Virus record (IMG/VR): IMGVR_UViG_3300027782_000079
Location: 4,777-68,776 of that record
DNA length: 64,000 bases
Reading direction: 5' to 3' (one strand)
DNA from: a virus
In this document: in pieces, positions 10,006-19,657 of the stretch
Position numbering within the stretch: position 1 is the stretch's first letter
Layout of the letters: each line of letters begins with the position of its first letter
Translations under genes and position numbers: made by a program
The notes under the pieces: generated by a model
Database searches by the model: none
The model's input: the letters and a program-made list of their open reading frames with translations, nothing else
What the model was told of the DNA's origin: nothing

Positions 10006-11268
10006 ATGATGGCTCTTCCTGCAAATCCTGCAACCACTTTCAAAAAACCGAACATTGTAGACACTCGATCTTCTGCTTTTGTGACTCTTGCATACAAGAA
10101 CACGCAAGACGGTACTGATAACACGTATACTTTTTATGTGCCTCCTCAGGAAATTGAAATAAACACTCCTTCAAGAGTCACGGTATATCAGAACATTAGC
10201 GGAAATACGTTTGTTGACAATTTGGGCGCAGGAACGACCATGATTAGCTTTCAAGGAACCACCGGATTCATGTACGGAAAAGGCGGTTTGTCCATGAGCA
10301 ATCGTGGTGCTGGACACTTATCCTATCAATTATTAAAATATATTTGCCAACTCTATCACGAAGCGTGCAAAAAAGGTCAAACCGCATTTGCAAATTTGAC
10401 ATTGAACATCTCAATGCCGGACGCTCCAGAGTTTGGACAATGGAAAGTGACCATAAAAGATTTTATTATCAAAAGAAGTGTTACAGAACCGCTTCTGTTC
10501 AGGTATCAGATTAATTTCATTTGCTTGAGCGAAGATACTTTTTCCGCCACATATCAAACACCAGCTCCAACAAATGTTGGCATCAATGGCTCCACTCTTG
10601 TCATTGATGCAAACGCTGCAAAAACAGCAGCGGAACAAGCAAGCGCACAAAAACTTGTTGTCTATAGAGTGCCTGAAAAAATTGAAACAATAACATTGCT
10701 TTCAGAAATAAAGTCATTTTTTAAAGGTACAGTGTCTAAAATTGATAACACTACTGGAATTATTATTAATGATATCACTAAAGATATTTACAGAGTATCA
10801 GAAAATGCTACACCTTTATCTGCATCAGTAAATGACGTTATTCTCACTATGTTTTATGATGCACAAATGGAAATAACTTTTCAAAAAACAGGAATGACTT
10901 CTGAGTATCATGATGCGTTTAAAAGGCAAGCAACAAAAATTAATGCCGAAAATGGCAAAGATGTAATAAGAATAAAAACCATTACTACTGGTTCTACATT
11001 GCAACTCATTACGGGAGGCACAATCAACAAAGAAGGACTGGTGTATGCTGCAACGGTGGGCACTCAATTGGGAACAGCAGACAACCCACGAACATTAACA
11101 ACAATTGCGGATAGGTATATTACACAGTCACAGTTGAATGCCACTGGCAATGGCAATTCAAGTAAAGTTGAATACTTAAAAAAATATAATAAACATATAA
11201 CTTCTTCAGACACTGCTGAGCTTCCAGAAAAGACAGAAATTTACTATCCTAGAATTGCTGAAGAATAA
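10006..11268 (+). CDS. tail tube initiator / baseplate structural protein (putative)
   Basis: AAGGAG RBS; N-terminal FYVPPQEI..PSRVTVYQ..VDNLGAG..ISFQGTTG tube-like domain; possible LysM-like C-terminus (TLTTIADRY..LKKYN). Confidence 0.55.
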   Translation: MMALPANPATTFKKPNIVDTRSSAFVTLAYKNTQDGTDNTYTFYVPPQEIEINTPSRVTVYQNISGNTFVDNLGAGTTMISFQGTTGFMYGKGGLSMSNRGAGHLSYQLLKYICQLYHEACKKGQTAFANLTLNISMPDAPEFGQWKVTIKDFIIKRSVTEPLLFRYQINFICLSEDTFSATYQTPAPTNVGINGSTLVIDANAAKTAAEQASAQKLVVYRVPEKIETITLLSEIKSFFKGTVSKIDNTTGIIINDITKDIYRVSENATPLSASVNDVILTMFYDAQMEITFQKTGMTSEYHDAFKRQATKINAENGKDVIRIKTITTGSTLQLITGGTINKEGLVYAATVGTQLGTADNPRTLTTIADRYITQSQLNATGNGNSSKVEYLKKYNKHITSSDTAELPEKTEIYYPRIAEE

Positions 11269-11280
11269 AGGATTTTTAAC

Positions 11281-11835
11281 ATGGCAGTTGAAGTTTATTA
11301 CTCAAATCAAGGCGTAACACAAAACATCAATAAATACGAAATACCTGAAAATGCAAAATATGCAAGATTGCCACAAGAAGTCATCAACGTTCAAGCAAAA
11401 TATCACTCGATTGCATTTTTGATGCAATTTGTCAATGCTTGCTGGAAGTGTAGCATGTACTTTCCGCAATCAACACGGTTTTACGTTGCGCGTCTTTGCA
11501 GATCTGCAAAAAAAGCTGTTTCTTCTTTTCGCGCGGATCTTGATTCAAACGCGCCCTTGTTGTCAAACGTATATCTGGCAGAAATTGAAGTAATCATTGC
11601 AGACTTGGAATGGTATATGCTTACATCACAACAATACGCGACATATATCAGCGAAATTGATGGTGGAATTACTTTGTCTTCTAACACAATTGGATTAAAC
11701 GCATTGGAACAATTTGAACAGTGGGATGTCACACAGAACATCATTTCTTATAACAATTACGCAGCGCCATTTGTTGTAGACAAAAAATTGTACGAGCTTA
11801 TTTCCGGAACAAATTTTTCTTATCCTCAAAGGTAA
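11281..11835 (+). CDS. hypothetical virion protein
   Basis: 184-aa ORF with AAGGA RBS inside the baseplate operon. Confidence 0.6.
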   Translation: MAVEVYYSNQGVTQNINKYEIPENAKYARLPQEVINVQAKYHSIAFLMQFVNACWKCSMYFPQSTRFYVARLCRSAKKAVSSFRADLDSNAPLLSNVYLAEIEVIIADLEWYMLTSQQYATYISEIDGGITLSSNTIGLNALEQFEQWDVTQNIISYNNYAAPFVVDKKLYELISGTNFSYPQR

Positions 11836-11843
11836 TGTAAATA

Positions 11844-13244
11844 ATGGCTACGTACAAAAAATACACCATAAAGCAAAACGACACATTAGAGCTTATTGCT
11901 CAGCAACAATTGGGGCGATTGAGCGAATGGCCATCGATTGTTTCCTTGAATCGTCTGCGCACGCCTTTTATTTCAATCGATCCATACGATCAAATGGGAA
12001 CAGTGCGGGCACAAGGAACACTTTCTGCATCAAATTTTATATCAATCAATGACTATTCCGTGAATATTTTGTCAGATGTCACATCAGGAACCATTCCTTC
12101 AGTAGTGTTGTCTCCACAAGCTGTTTTTTCAATCAAAAGATATGGAGATCAAGGCGCGGTTATTTTTGAAAAATTTTTTATAAAATCCTATTATCCAAAC
12201 AATACGCAATCAATTTCGACTGATGGATATACTACCGTCACCATTCCTGCTGGCACAATCGTGTTTGACGTTCCGTCAATTAGTCCTCCATCCTCCTCTG
12301 CTTTTAACGTGGGAATGCTCTCGTTAATTCCAAACTCTTTATTTACAACTGTGAGAAATTATCACGTCCGTTTTACGTATTGTTCTGGACCTTCAAGTGC
12401 GAGCATTACTGGAGAAACGCTTGCATCACCAAACACCATCAACGGCGATAGCGGAGCAACAGTTCCCTACACAGTGCCAGCTGGATTCCAAATGCAAATT
12501 TCTTCGCCGACAACTTGGCCAACCGGCACTGTCGCCGTGAGAGTCTATATATCGACTGCTTCTGGTTCAGAGTCCTTGCAAAGTACATTTACCAGTGTCA
12601 ATGACACCTATCAAGAACAACTATCGCTATCCTCTTCAAGCGTCTATGTTCCAATTTCAAATACATCCAAAATTGGATTTACGCATTCGTATCCAGCAGG
12701 TACCATGTATGGCATTCATGAAAATCCGTTTGCACTTACCACGCAAGTATTAAAACCCGGTGACACCCTTTTGTTGCCAATTTTGGCAGAAGGATCTTCC
12801 GAGTTAATTTTTAACAATGCAGACGCAAATCAATTCATGAACATGCTAGGCACCGATATACTGCTTGATAAAAACGGAATTGTTTCTTTTAACGGATATG
12901 CAGAATCAGACCTCACAACAGTGACGGGCATTGCCAATGTTCGTCAAGCAATTTACTCAAGACTGACAACCGCCGTCAATCAATTGAGAACTCAACCAAC
13001 GTATGGCAATTATGTCATTGACTTTACAGGAGAAAAATATCTCATTTCTTTTGTCAGTAGAGCAAAAGCGGCATTGCTTCTTACTCTTTACAACGAAACA
13101 AGAATATACAAAGTGAACGACCTCAGTATGTATTTTGATGCGCAACTTTCCTCACTGATCATTGACAATCTTTTTATTCAGGTTTCTTCGGGGTCGTCGG
13201 ATTCAACGCAGATCAATTTTTCGCCAATTGCTTTGCCCATTTAA
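11844..13244 (+). CDS. LysM-domain baseplate wedge protein with C-terminal gp25-like domain and inserted FN3-like domain
   Basis: N-terminal YTIKQNDTLELIAQQQLG..W..IVSLNRL (LysM); C-terminal GTDILL..DLTTVTGIANVRQAIYSRLTT..QPTYG (gp25-like). Confidence 0.75.
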   Translation: MATYKKYTIKQNDTLELIAQQQLGRLSEWPSIVSLNRLRTPFISIDPYDQMGTVRAQGTLSASNFISINDYSVNILSDVTSGTIPSVVLSPQAVFSIKRYGDQGAVIFEKFFIKSYYPNNTQSISTDGYTTVTIPAGTIVFDVPSISPPSSSAFNVGMLSLIPNSLFTTVRNYHVRFTYCSGPSSASITGETLASPNTINGDSGATVPYTVPAGFQMQISSPTTWPTGTVAVRVYISTASGSESLQSTFTSVNDTYQEQLSLSSSSVYVPISNTSKIGFTHSYPAGTMYGIHENPFALTTQVLKPGDTLLLPILAEGSSELIFNNADANQFMNMLGTDILLDKNGIVSFNGYAESDLTTVTGIANVRQAIYSRLTTAVNQLRTQPTYGNYVIDFTGEKYLISFVSRAKAALLLTLYNETRIYKVNDLSMYFDAQLSSLIIDNLFIQVSSGSSDSTQINFSPIALPI

Positions 13245-13270
13245 ACCAAGCGTGACTCAGAAAAGGAATT

Positions 13271-13288
13271 TGGTATATTACAAACATG
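13271..13288 (+). promoter_or_regulatory. putative extended -10 promoter giving a leaderless transcript
   Basis: TGgTATATT-acaaac-ATG; no properly spaced Shine-Dalgarno. Confidence 0.4.
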
Positions 13289-16200
13289 GTAGAAAATATT
13301 TCTTTTAAACTAAAAAGACAAGAAGATATTGCCGCGTCAATGGCCGCGTACCTTGCTGGCCACACAACGCTTGTCAATGACTTTAGTCAAGGATCGATCA
13401 TTCGTTCGATCATTGAGTCGGTTGCACAGGAAATATTTCGTCAGAATGTTTCTTTTGCCCAAGGCGTTGTGGAATCAGTGCGCAATTCAGTCAAACAAGC
13501 GTTTGGACTTCCATTGCAAGAAGCAACAAAAGCGTATGGAAAATATACGTTTTATCGAAAAAAACTTTCTGCGCCTTCTGGATTATCCACTACATTCTCT
13601 TCATCTTCCATTACATTTACTGGAGCAATCGCTGGAAACACACTCACCGTCAGTGGGTCAGTTCCGACCGGAAAGTTGTTGATCGGTCATCATATATCAG
13701 GAGCAGCAGACGGCACGCAGATCATTGCGTATGGATCTGGATCAACCGGAGGTCTTGGAACATATACGGTAAGCGGACCAACACAAACTGTTAATGCAAC
13801 AACAATGTCTGCTTACGGAAAATTTTCCTCAACACCCACCATGACTCTTGGCAACATTGCATCAACAGGAGGGTATTTACCTCCAAGCGCATATTACTGG
13901 AGTGTGACCGGAGTGTTCAAGCATGGAGCGCTTTCAGGGAGCGGAGCCACATTCAGCCTTGCTTCCGGAGCGACCACCGTTACGACGGCAGCAACCATTG
14001 CGAGCGCAGGCGCAGGCTACACGGTGGGAGATGTTCTTATCATTGGCGGATCTACGGGAAAAATACGGGTCGAAACGGTCACTTTTTCTGGAGCAATCAC
14101 TTCTTTTTCGGTTACTAGTGCAGGAAACAGTTATGCATCTGGAGCAACCGGACTTGTTGCCACGTATTCCTTATATGCGTCTCCATACAACTTTGTCGAA
14201 TCACCTGCAAGCACACCAGTCAGTGCAACGCTCTCTGGTGGTTCCACTCAACAAGTGACTCTGTCTTGGACCGCAGTTCCCAACGCAATAGGATATAAAG
14301 TTTATCGAGCAGATAATCAACAGATGTTCAATTCGATATATTATTATGTTACCGGAACAACATCATTTACAGACACCGGAGTGGTTGCCACTGCTGCGCA
14401 GTTGAATGGAACAATTTCGGCAAACACCTCTGTTTTGACAGTAGGAACATACACGGGAACAAGCAACATAACAACCAATCAAAGACTTTATGCTTCAGGC
14501 TCCCTTATTGGAACAATTACGCAATTTGGTTTTTCAGCTTTTCCCAAAGACACTCCGTACAGTGGCACCAGTACAATTTGTCCTTCTGCTGTAATGACCG
14601 GAGTGGGAGTAACTGGCACATACAATATCAGCGATTACACTGCAAACGCCACAAGCAGCATTGTTCTTTATCCCGCTTATGGAAAATGGCCAACAGCTCA
14701 GATGTCTTGGGGAGTAACGGCTGTTAACATCACCAACGGTGTTGAATCCGAAACGCTTGGCGCGAGTGTTCGCACTGGACTTTCGGGATCAATTGCAAAT
14801 TTCAATTGGTATCCGGTAAATGCAGGCGATGGTGCGTCTGCGCCAACAGCGTACAATGTGTATCGCGCTGAAACCAACTTGTCGTTGTCTTCGCCTTCTT
14901 CCATTTCTATTACTGCATCCAGTGGTGGATCAATACTTTATGAATCTTCAAGCTTTACTGGAACTATTAGCGGAACTACCTTGACTGTTTCTGGAGTCAC
15001 CGGATACATTACTGCCGGACAGATCATATCCGGAGGAGTTGTTTCTGGAACCAAGATTATCAAAGCTCTTTCTGCCACAACGTACGAAATAAATATTGCT
15101 CAAAGTGTTTCTTCTACATCAATGAGTGGTTCATTACGATATTATTGGAGTGTATCAACATTGACCAATTCCGGAGAAAGTGTTGGCTCTTCTCCGCAAA
15201 CGTTTAATCAATCAAATGTTTTTTCGCAATCAAACCGCACCGCATTTATTTCTTGGCAGTCTGTTTCCTCCGCCACAGGATACAGGGTGTATAGAAGCAC
15301 CACAAGCGACATGAGTGAAAATCTTTGTTTTTATGACACAATTTATAATTATTTTTACGACAATGGAGGTTTTAGCATAACGACAAATACCTATATTTCT
15401 TACAAATCAACTGGGCGGTGGACAATACCATTTTTTGTCGGCAAAGTGACCTCATCTCTCAATGCAAATTCATGGCAAATTTTTGATCCCAGTATTATCT
15501 ACTCATCAAGATTTTGGCCAACTCAATCCAATGCTTTTGCTGTTCAAGGGTCAATACTCATACCTGCTGGTGTTCAACTGAACGTACCGGGAACTTCAAA
15601 ATACTACACCGTTTCTTCAGCATTTACCATTAGCGCATTCTCTGATTCTGGATCAACAACGGTGCAGGCATCTTCAAGTGGAAGTCTTGGAAACACTCCA
15701 GCCAACACCGTTACAAGCATTGTTTCTTCCATCTATGGAATTGCCAGTGGCACTAATCCAAGTGCTTTTGTAACCGGATATGATACCGAAACGGAAGAAG
15801 ACTGGCGTGTAAGATTTGGAAAAGTTTTGCAAGATTTGGCCAAAGGAACAAGTTATGCTCTTGAGACTGGCGCACAAAATGCACGCCTTTATGATGACAA
15901 TGGAGTTGTATACGAAGAAGTTGTAAAATCCTTGGCTTATGAACCTTCAAATCAGGTTGTAGATCTTTATATCCACAACAATGTCGATACAGGATGCAGC
16001 GCAGAGCTCATTGCATATTGTCAAAAAATCATCAATGGTTTTATTGATGATCAAGGAATAAAGCATGCTGGCTACAAGCCCGCAGGAATTCCAGTAACGG
16101 TAAAAAAATCGACGGTGCAAACACAAAATGTTTTTGTGTCAGTCACTCCAAACTCAGGATATTCACTAGATTTGGTTTCTTCTCCAATAACATTGGCCAT

Positions 16201-16723
16201 ACAAACATATTTTTCAAGTCTTGACATTAGTGACGGTTTTGATCTTCCTGTTATTACTTCAGTTACTGTAGTATCTGCAGGATCTATTTCGTATCAGTAT
16301 CAATTGATCGCTGTTGATGCAAACGGAAATCGCTCATATCCTTCTTCGGTATTTTACGTTGCGTCATGCTCAGCGCAAATCAATAACATTGTATCTTTCA
16401 CTCCAGTTGCGTCAATGGCAAGTTACGAATTGCTTCGATGGGAAAACACCAGTTGGGGACTTGTGGCAACCATCACCAAGCCCTCAGGAGGCTGGCTTCC
16501 TCCGCAAACATACTCTGACACAACAACATCTTTGCTTCCTTATTTTTCTTCGTTGCCAATCCGTAAAATCCTTCAGAAATCTACACTATCGCAAAAAATC
16601 ATGGAAACGCCGGGAGTTGCTTCGGTGATTGTTTCTCTTCCTAACGTTTCGGGAACAGAGCAGACTGTAGTTGTTCCACCTGTTGGGTACATTCTTGTTC
16701 CCGGAACAATCACTCTGAGATAA
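13286..16723 (+). CDS. baseplate J-like wedge protein with multiple inserted beta domains
   Basis: N-terminal DFSQGSIIRSIIESVA..FGLPLQEATKAYG; core IPAGVQL..GSLGNTPANTVT..TNPSAFVTGYDTETEEDWRVRF; split by about 650 aa of Ser/Thr/Gly-rich domains. Confidence 0.85.
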   Translation: MVENISFKLKRQEDIAASMAAYLAGHTTLVNDFSQGSIIRSIIESVAQEIFRQNVSFAQGVVESVRNSVKQAFGLPLQEATKAYGKYTFYRKKLSAPSGLSTTFSSSSITFTGAIAGNTLTVSGSVPTGKLLIGHHISGAADGTQIIAYGSGSTGGLGTYTVSGPTQTVNATTMSAYGKFSSTPTMTLGNIASTGGYLPPSAYYWSVTGVFKHGALSGSGATFSLASGATTVTTAATIASAGAGYTVGDVLIIGGSTGKIRVETVTFSGAITSFSVTSAGNSYASGATGLVATYSLYASPYNFVESPASTPVSATLSGGSTQQVTLSWTAVPNAIGYKVYRADNQQMFNSIYYYVTGTTSFTDTGVVATAAQLNGTISANTSVLTVGTYTGTSNITTNQRLYASGSLIGTITQFGFSAFPKDTPYSGTSTICPSAVMTGVGVTGTYNISDYTANATSSIVLYPAYGKWPTAQMSWGVTAVNITNGVESETLGASVRTGLSGSIANFNWYPVNAGDGASAPTAYNVYRAETNLSLSSPSSISITASSGGSILYESSSFTGTISGTTLTVSGVTGYITAGQIISGGVVSGTKIIKALSATTYEINIAQSVSSTSMSGSLRYYWSVSTLTNSGESVGSSPQTFNQSNVFSQSNRTAFISWQSVSSATGYRVYRSTTSDMSENLCFYDTIYNYFYDNGGFSITTNTYISYKSTGRWTIPFFVGKVTSSLNANSWQIFDPSIIYSSRFWPTQSNAFAVQGSILIPAGVQLNVPGTSKYYTVSSAFTISAFSDSGSTTVQASSSGSLGNTPANTVTSIVSSIYGIASGTNPSAFVTGYDTETEEDWRVRFGKVLQDLAKGTSYALETGAQNARLYDDNGVVYEEVVKSLAYEPSNQVVDLYIHNNVDTGCSAELIAYCQKIINGFIDDQGIKHAGYKPAGIPVTVKKSTVQTQNVFVSVTPNSGYSLDLVSSPITLAIQTYFSSLDISDGFDLPVITSVTVVSAGSISYQYQLIAVDANGNRSYPSSVFYVASCSAQINNIVSFTPVASMASYELLRWENTSWGLVATITKPSGGWLPPQTYSDTTTSLLPYFSSLPIRKILQKSTLSQKIMETPGVASVIVSLPNVSGTEQTVVVPPVGYILVPGTITLR

Positions 16724-16726
16724 GAG

Positions 16727-19645
16727 ATGTCACTTCCATCAATACTTCCACCGCAACAGACTGTTTTGCAAAGATTATTTGCAGAAATGCCACAGTCTTT
16801 TTCCAAAGATCCAGTTTCTACTCCTGCATTAAATTTTTTTATTAATCCATTGCTGCCAAACAGTTTTTCTTCTTCTGATTACGTCACTATTGTCATTGCT
16901 GATGCATTGATGACAATAAGCTCTTCGGTATCTTATGTGCAATCAGAGACAATTGATCTTAATGTTTTTACCATTTATAATCTTGTAAATTATTTCAATG
17001 CAAAATATTATCAATATGGAATTATTGCCTCCCTGCCGTTGGGATTATATCCTGATGACGGATTGTTCAAGGCAACTGCTCTTGTCGAAGGAGTCTATGA
17101 CATCGGAACAACGATTTCAACCATTGATCGTTTCACTAGCCTTAATTATGCATTGATGTCAACGTTCTCACTGCTGTTGATTGAAAATCAAAAAAACGCA
17201 AGAGCAGCATTGTCGCAAACCGACCTTCGATTAACCACGGAGCAATGGGCTGATTTTTGGGGTCATTTGTTAAGCGTTGACCGCACCTCTATTGATATTG
17301 GCAATGATATTGTGTACAAGAAAAGAATCTTGCGCGAGGCAGTGTATCCAAAATCCAACAATGTTGCCTTATCGGATCTTGTGACTTCCATTACCGGAAG
17401 AGACTCCTCGGTTGTTGACGGAGGAAATCCCATGATTCTTGGCGGATCATCAACATCGGTGGGGGTTTTTGATTTTGCGATTCCAAACACACCAAACACA
17501 GTCACTTCTTCTACTTTTGCCTCTTTGGCGCCCTTGACCGCTTCTAACGGATCAGGATTGACCGTCGCTGTTGTAATAAATACAAGTACGGCAAGCGGAT
17601 TAACGATAAATACTACGTATGCAGCAGGCACAGGATCAGGAGCAACAATTACTGCTGCTGCATCATCAATAAATTCCTCAGCAACAATTGTCAACGCAGG
17701 AACCGGATATTCAGTTGGCGATATTCTTCTTGTTTCAACAGGGACGGGAGGGAAAATTTACGTTGCAAGTGTCAATGCTTCAGGAGGAATTGCGTCATTT
17801 ACCGTTAACGCAGCTGGCTCAAACTATTCTTCGGGGACGACGTACGCCACTACTTCCACTGGATATATTGCCGCTATTTCTTTAGGAAACTCAGGAGGAA
17901 CAGGATACGTAATTGGAGATTTTGTCACTATTGGCTCAGGAATTGGAGGAACCGCAACCGCTATTGTCACATCAGTGAGTGCCGGAGTGGTTCAGTCTGG
18001 CGGATTGTCGCTTGCATACGCAGGAAGCGGATATTCTACAACCGGAACAGCAACGAACATTGCCACGACCGTGTCAGGAGGCATTATTTTCGCTTCTGTA
18101 GCATCTGGAGGAACAAGCGCTGCATATTCAGTGGGAGATGTAATCACGATCAATGCAATGGGCGGACGAGCAATTGTCAAGAATGTTTCTTCGGGAAATC
18201 CAGCCAACATTACAAGTCCGTATACAGGAACTACTGCAACACTTAGTGCGGCAACACTTACTGCCGGACAATACACTGGATCAATTGTTTTGACTGGAGG
18301 CACTCCTGCATGGGCATCGTCGGTAAAAAATGGAAGTGTTTTGCTTACTCCGTCTACTACTCCCACACAAGCCGTAACGGTTACTTCAATTACTCCCGGA
18401 AGCGGAGCCACGTTTCGTATTGGAACAAATACCACAATAACAACATCTGGAACAAATAATTCAGGAATTGTAGCCTCAGGATCAGGATACACCGTTGGAG
18501 ATGTATTAACAATTGGATCAGGATTAGGAAGAATAAAAGTCTTAACTTTGACTGGAACTGGAATTGCCACGTATACAGTTGATAATGCACCGTCTTCGTC
18601 GTATCGTGCAGGAACTGGCGCAAAATTTACTCCGGCATTTGGTTCTGGTGCAATTTTTACGGCTGCTTCGGCAGGATCTTTAGCTACCTCAGCAACAATC
18701 ACAAATGCAGGAACCGGATATAGTGCAAATGACATATTAAATGTTGGATTACTTGGAGGAAGAATAGTTGTATCATCAACTGATTCAGGAAAAATTACTG
18801 GATTTTCCATACATTCTACTGGGTCTAATTATGTTTCAGGAACAAGTTATTCAACAACTTATTACACAACAACTGTTTCCATTACGTCTGGTGCAGCAAT
18901 CACGGCATCTGGATCCGGATACATGATTGGAGACATTTTGCAGATTGGATCAGGAGGAACTGGATATATTAAGGTAGAATCAATCAATACCACCGGAGGC
19001 GTTGTTGATTTTAGCGTTTTTGCTGCAGGATCTGGGTACACTGCTGGCACTGAATACACCACATCTCAGGGAACTGGTGCAAATTCTTCTGTTCTTTCAT
19101 CATCATATTACAGCACTGCAGCAATCAATGTTTCTTCACCAAGAATATGGACCGGAGGAGCAGTAACTATTTTGCAGTCTGGAATTCAAATGATACCCGG
19201 ATATTGCGGAACTGGATATTCATCAACAACTTATTCTACATCCCTTGTGCAATCAAAAATTGCAGACACGACCAGATCGACTCTTACCGTTGGAGAAACA
19301 CTAACTGGACGAATTGTTTCTGGTCAACTTTTGGCGGCTAGTGGACTTACGGCAAACACGTACAGGGTTTCAGAGTTTCTCACCGGATCAGGAGGTATTG
19401 GAACGTATCTCGTTTCAGGAGGAAGCACAACGTTAAACACAACAACAATTACCTTTACTTTGCCCACCGTTGGCACCCTCGATAGTGGTCAACTAGGTCC
19501 AAGCACGGGCGCTGGATCATTTATTGTTTATCTGAAGAAAAACAGTGATGAGACAACTATTCCTCAATCTGTAACATCATTATTGACTACTGTAGTAAAT
19601 AGATGGAAACCAGCAGGAATAGCATTTGTGATACAATCGTATTAA
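16727..19645 (+). CDS. baseplate wedge/tail protein I-like with a large nested insertion
   Basis: WADFWGHLLSVDR..D..YKKRIL..PKSNNVAL near the N-terminus and VNRWKPAGIAF at the C-terminus (gpI-like), separated by about 690 aa of GSGY-type modules. Confidence 0.75.
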   Translation: MSLPSILPPQQTVLQRLFAEMPQSFSKDPVSTPALNFFINPLLPNSFSSSDYVTIVIADALMTISSSVSYVQSETIDLNVFTIYNLVNYFNAKYYQYGIIASLPLGLYPDDGLFKATALVEGVYDIGTTISTIDRFTSLNYALMSTFSLLLIENQKNARAALSQTDLRLTTEQWADFWGHLLSVDRTSIDIGNDIVYKKRILREAVYPKSNNVALSDLVTSITGRDSSVVDGGNPMILGGSSTSVGVFDFAIPNTPNTVTSSTFASLAPLTASNGSGLTVAVVINTSTASGLTINTTYAAGTGSGATITAAASSINSSATIVNAGTGYSVGDILLVSTGTGGKIYVASVNASGGIASFTVNAAGSNYSSGTTYATTSTGYIAAISLGNSGGTGYVIGDFVTIGSGIGGTATAIVTSVSAGVVQSGGLSLAYAGSGYSTTGTATNIATTVSGGIIFASVASGGTSAAYSVGDVITINAMGGRAIVKNVSSGNPANITSPYTGTTATLSAATLTAGQYTGSIVLTGGTPAWASSVKNGSVLLTPSTTPTQAVTVTSITPGSGATFRIGTNTTITTSGTNNSGIVASGSGYTVGDVLTIGSGLGRIKVLTLTGTGIATYTVDNAPSSSYRAGTGAKFTPAFGSGAIFTAASAGSLATSATITNAGTGYSANDILNVGLLGGRIVVSSTDSGKITGFSIHSTGSNYVSGTSYSTTYYTTTVSITSGAAITASGSGYMIGDILQIGSGGTGYIKVESINTTGGVVDFSVFAAGSGYTAGTEYTTSQGTGANSSVLSSSYYSTAAINVSSPRIWTGGAVTILQSGIQMIPGYCGTGYSSTTYSTSLVQSKIADTTRSTLTVGETLTGRIVSGQLLAASGLTANTYRVSEFLTGSGGIGTYLVSGGSTTLNTTTITFTLPTVGTLDSGQLGPSTGAGSFIVYLKKNSDETTIPQSVTSLLTTVVNRWKPAGIAFVIQSY

Positions 19646-19657
19646 TGGAGCAATAAA

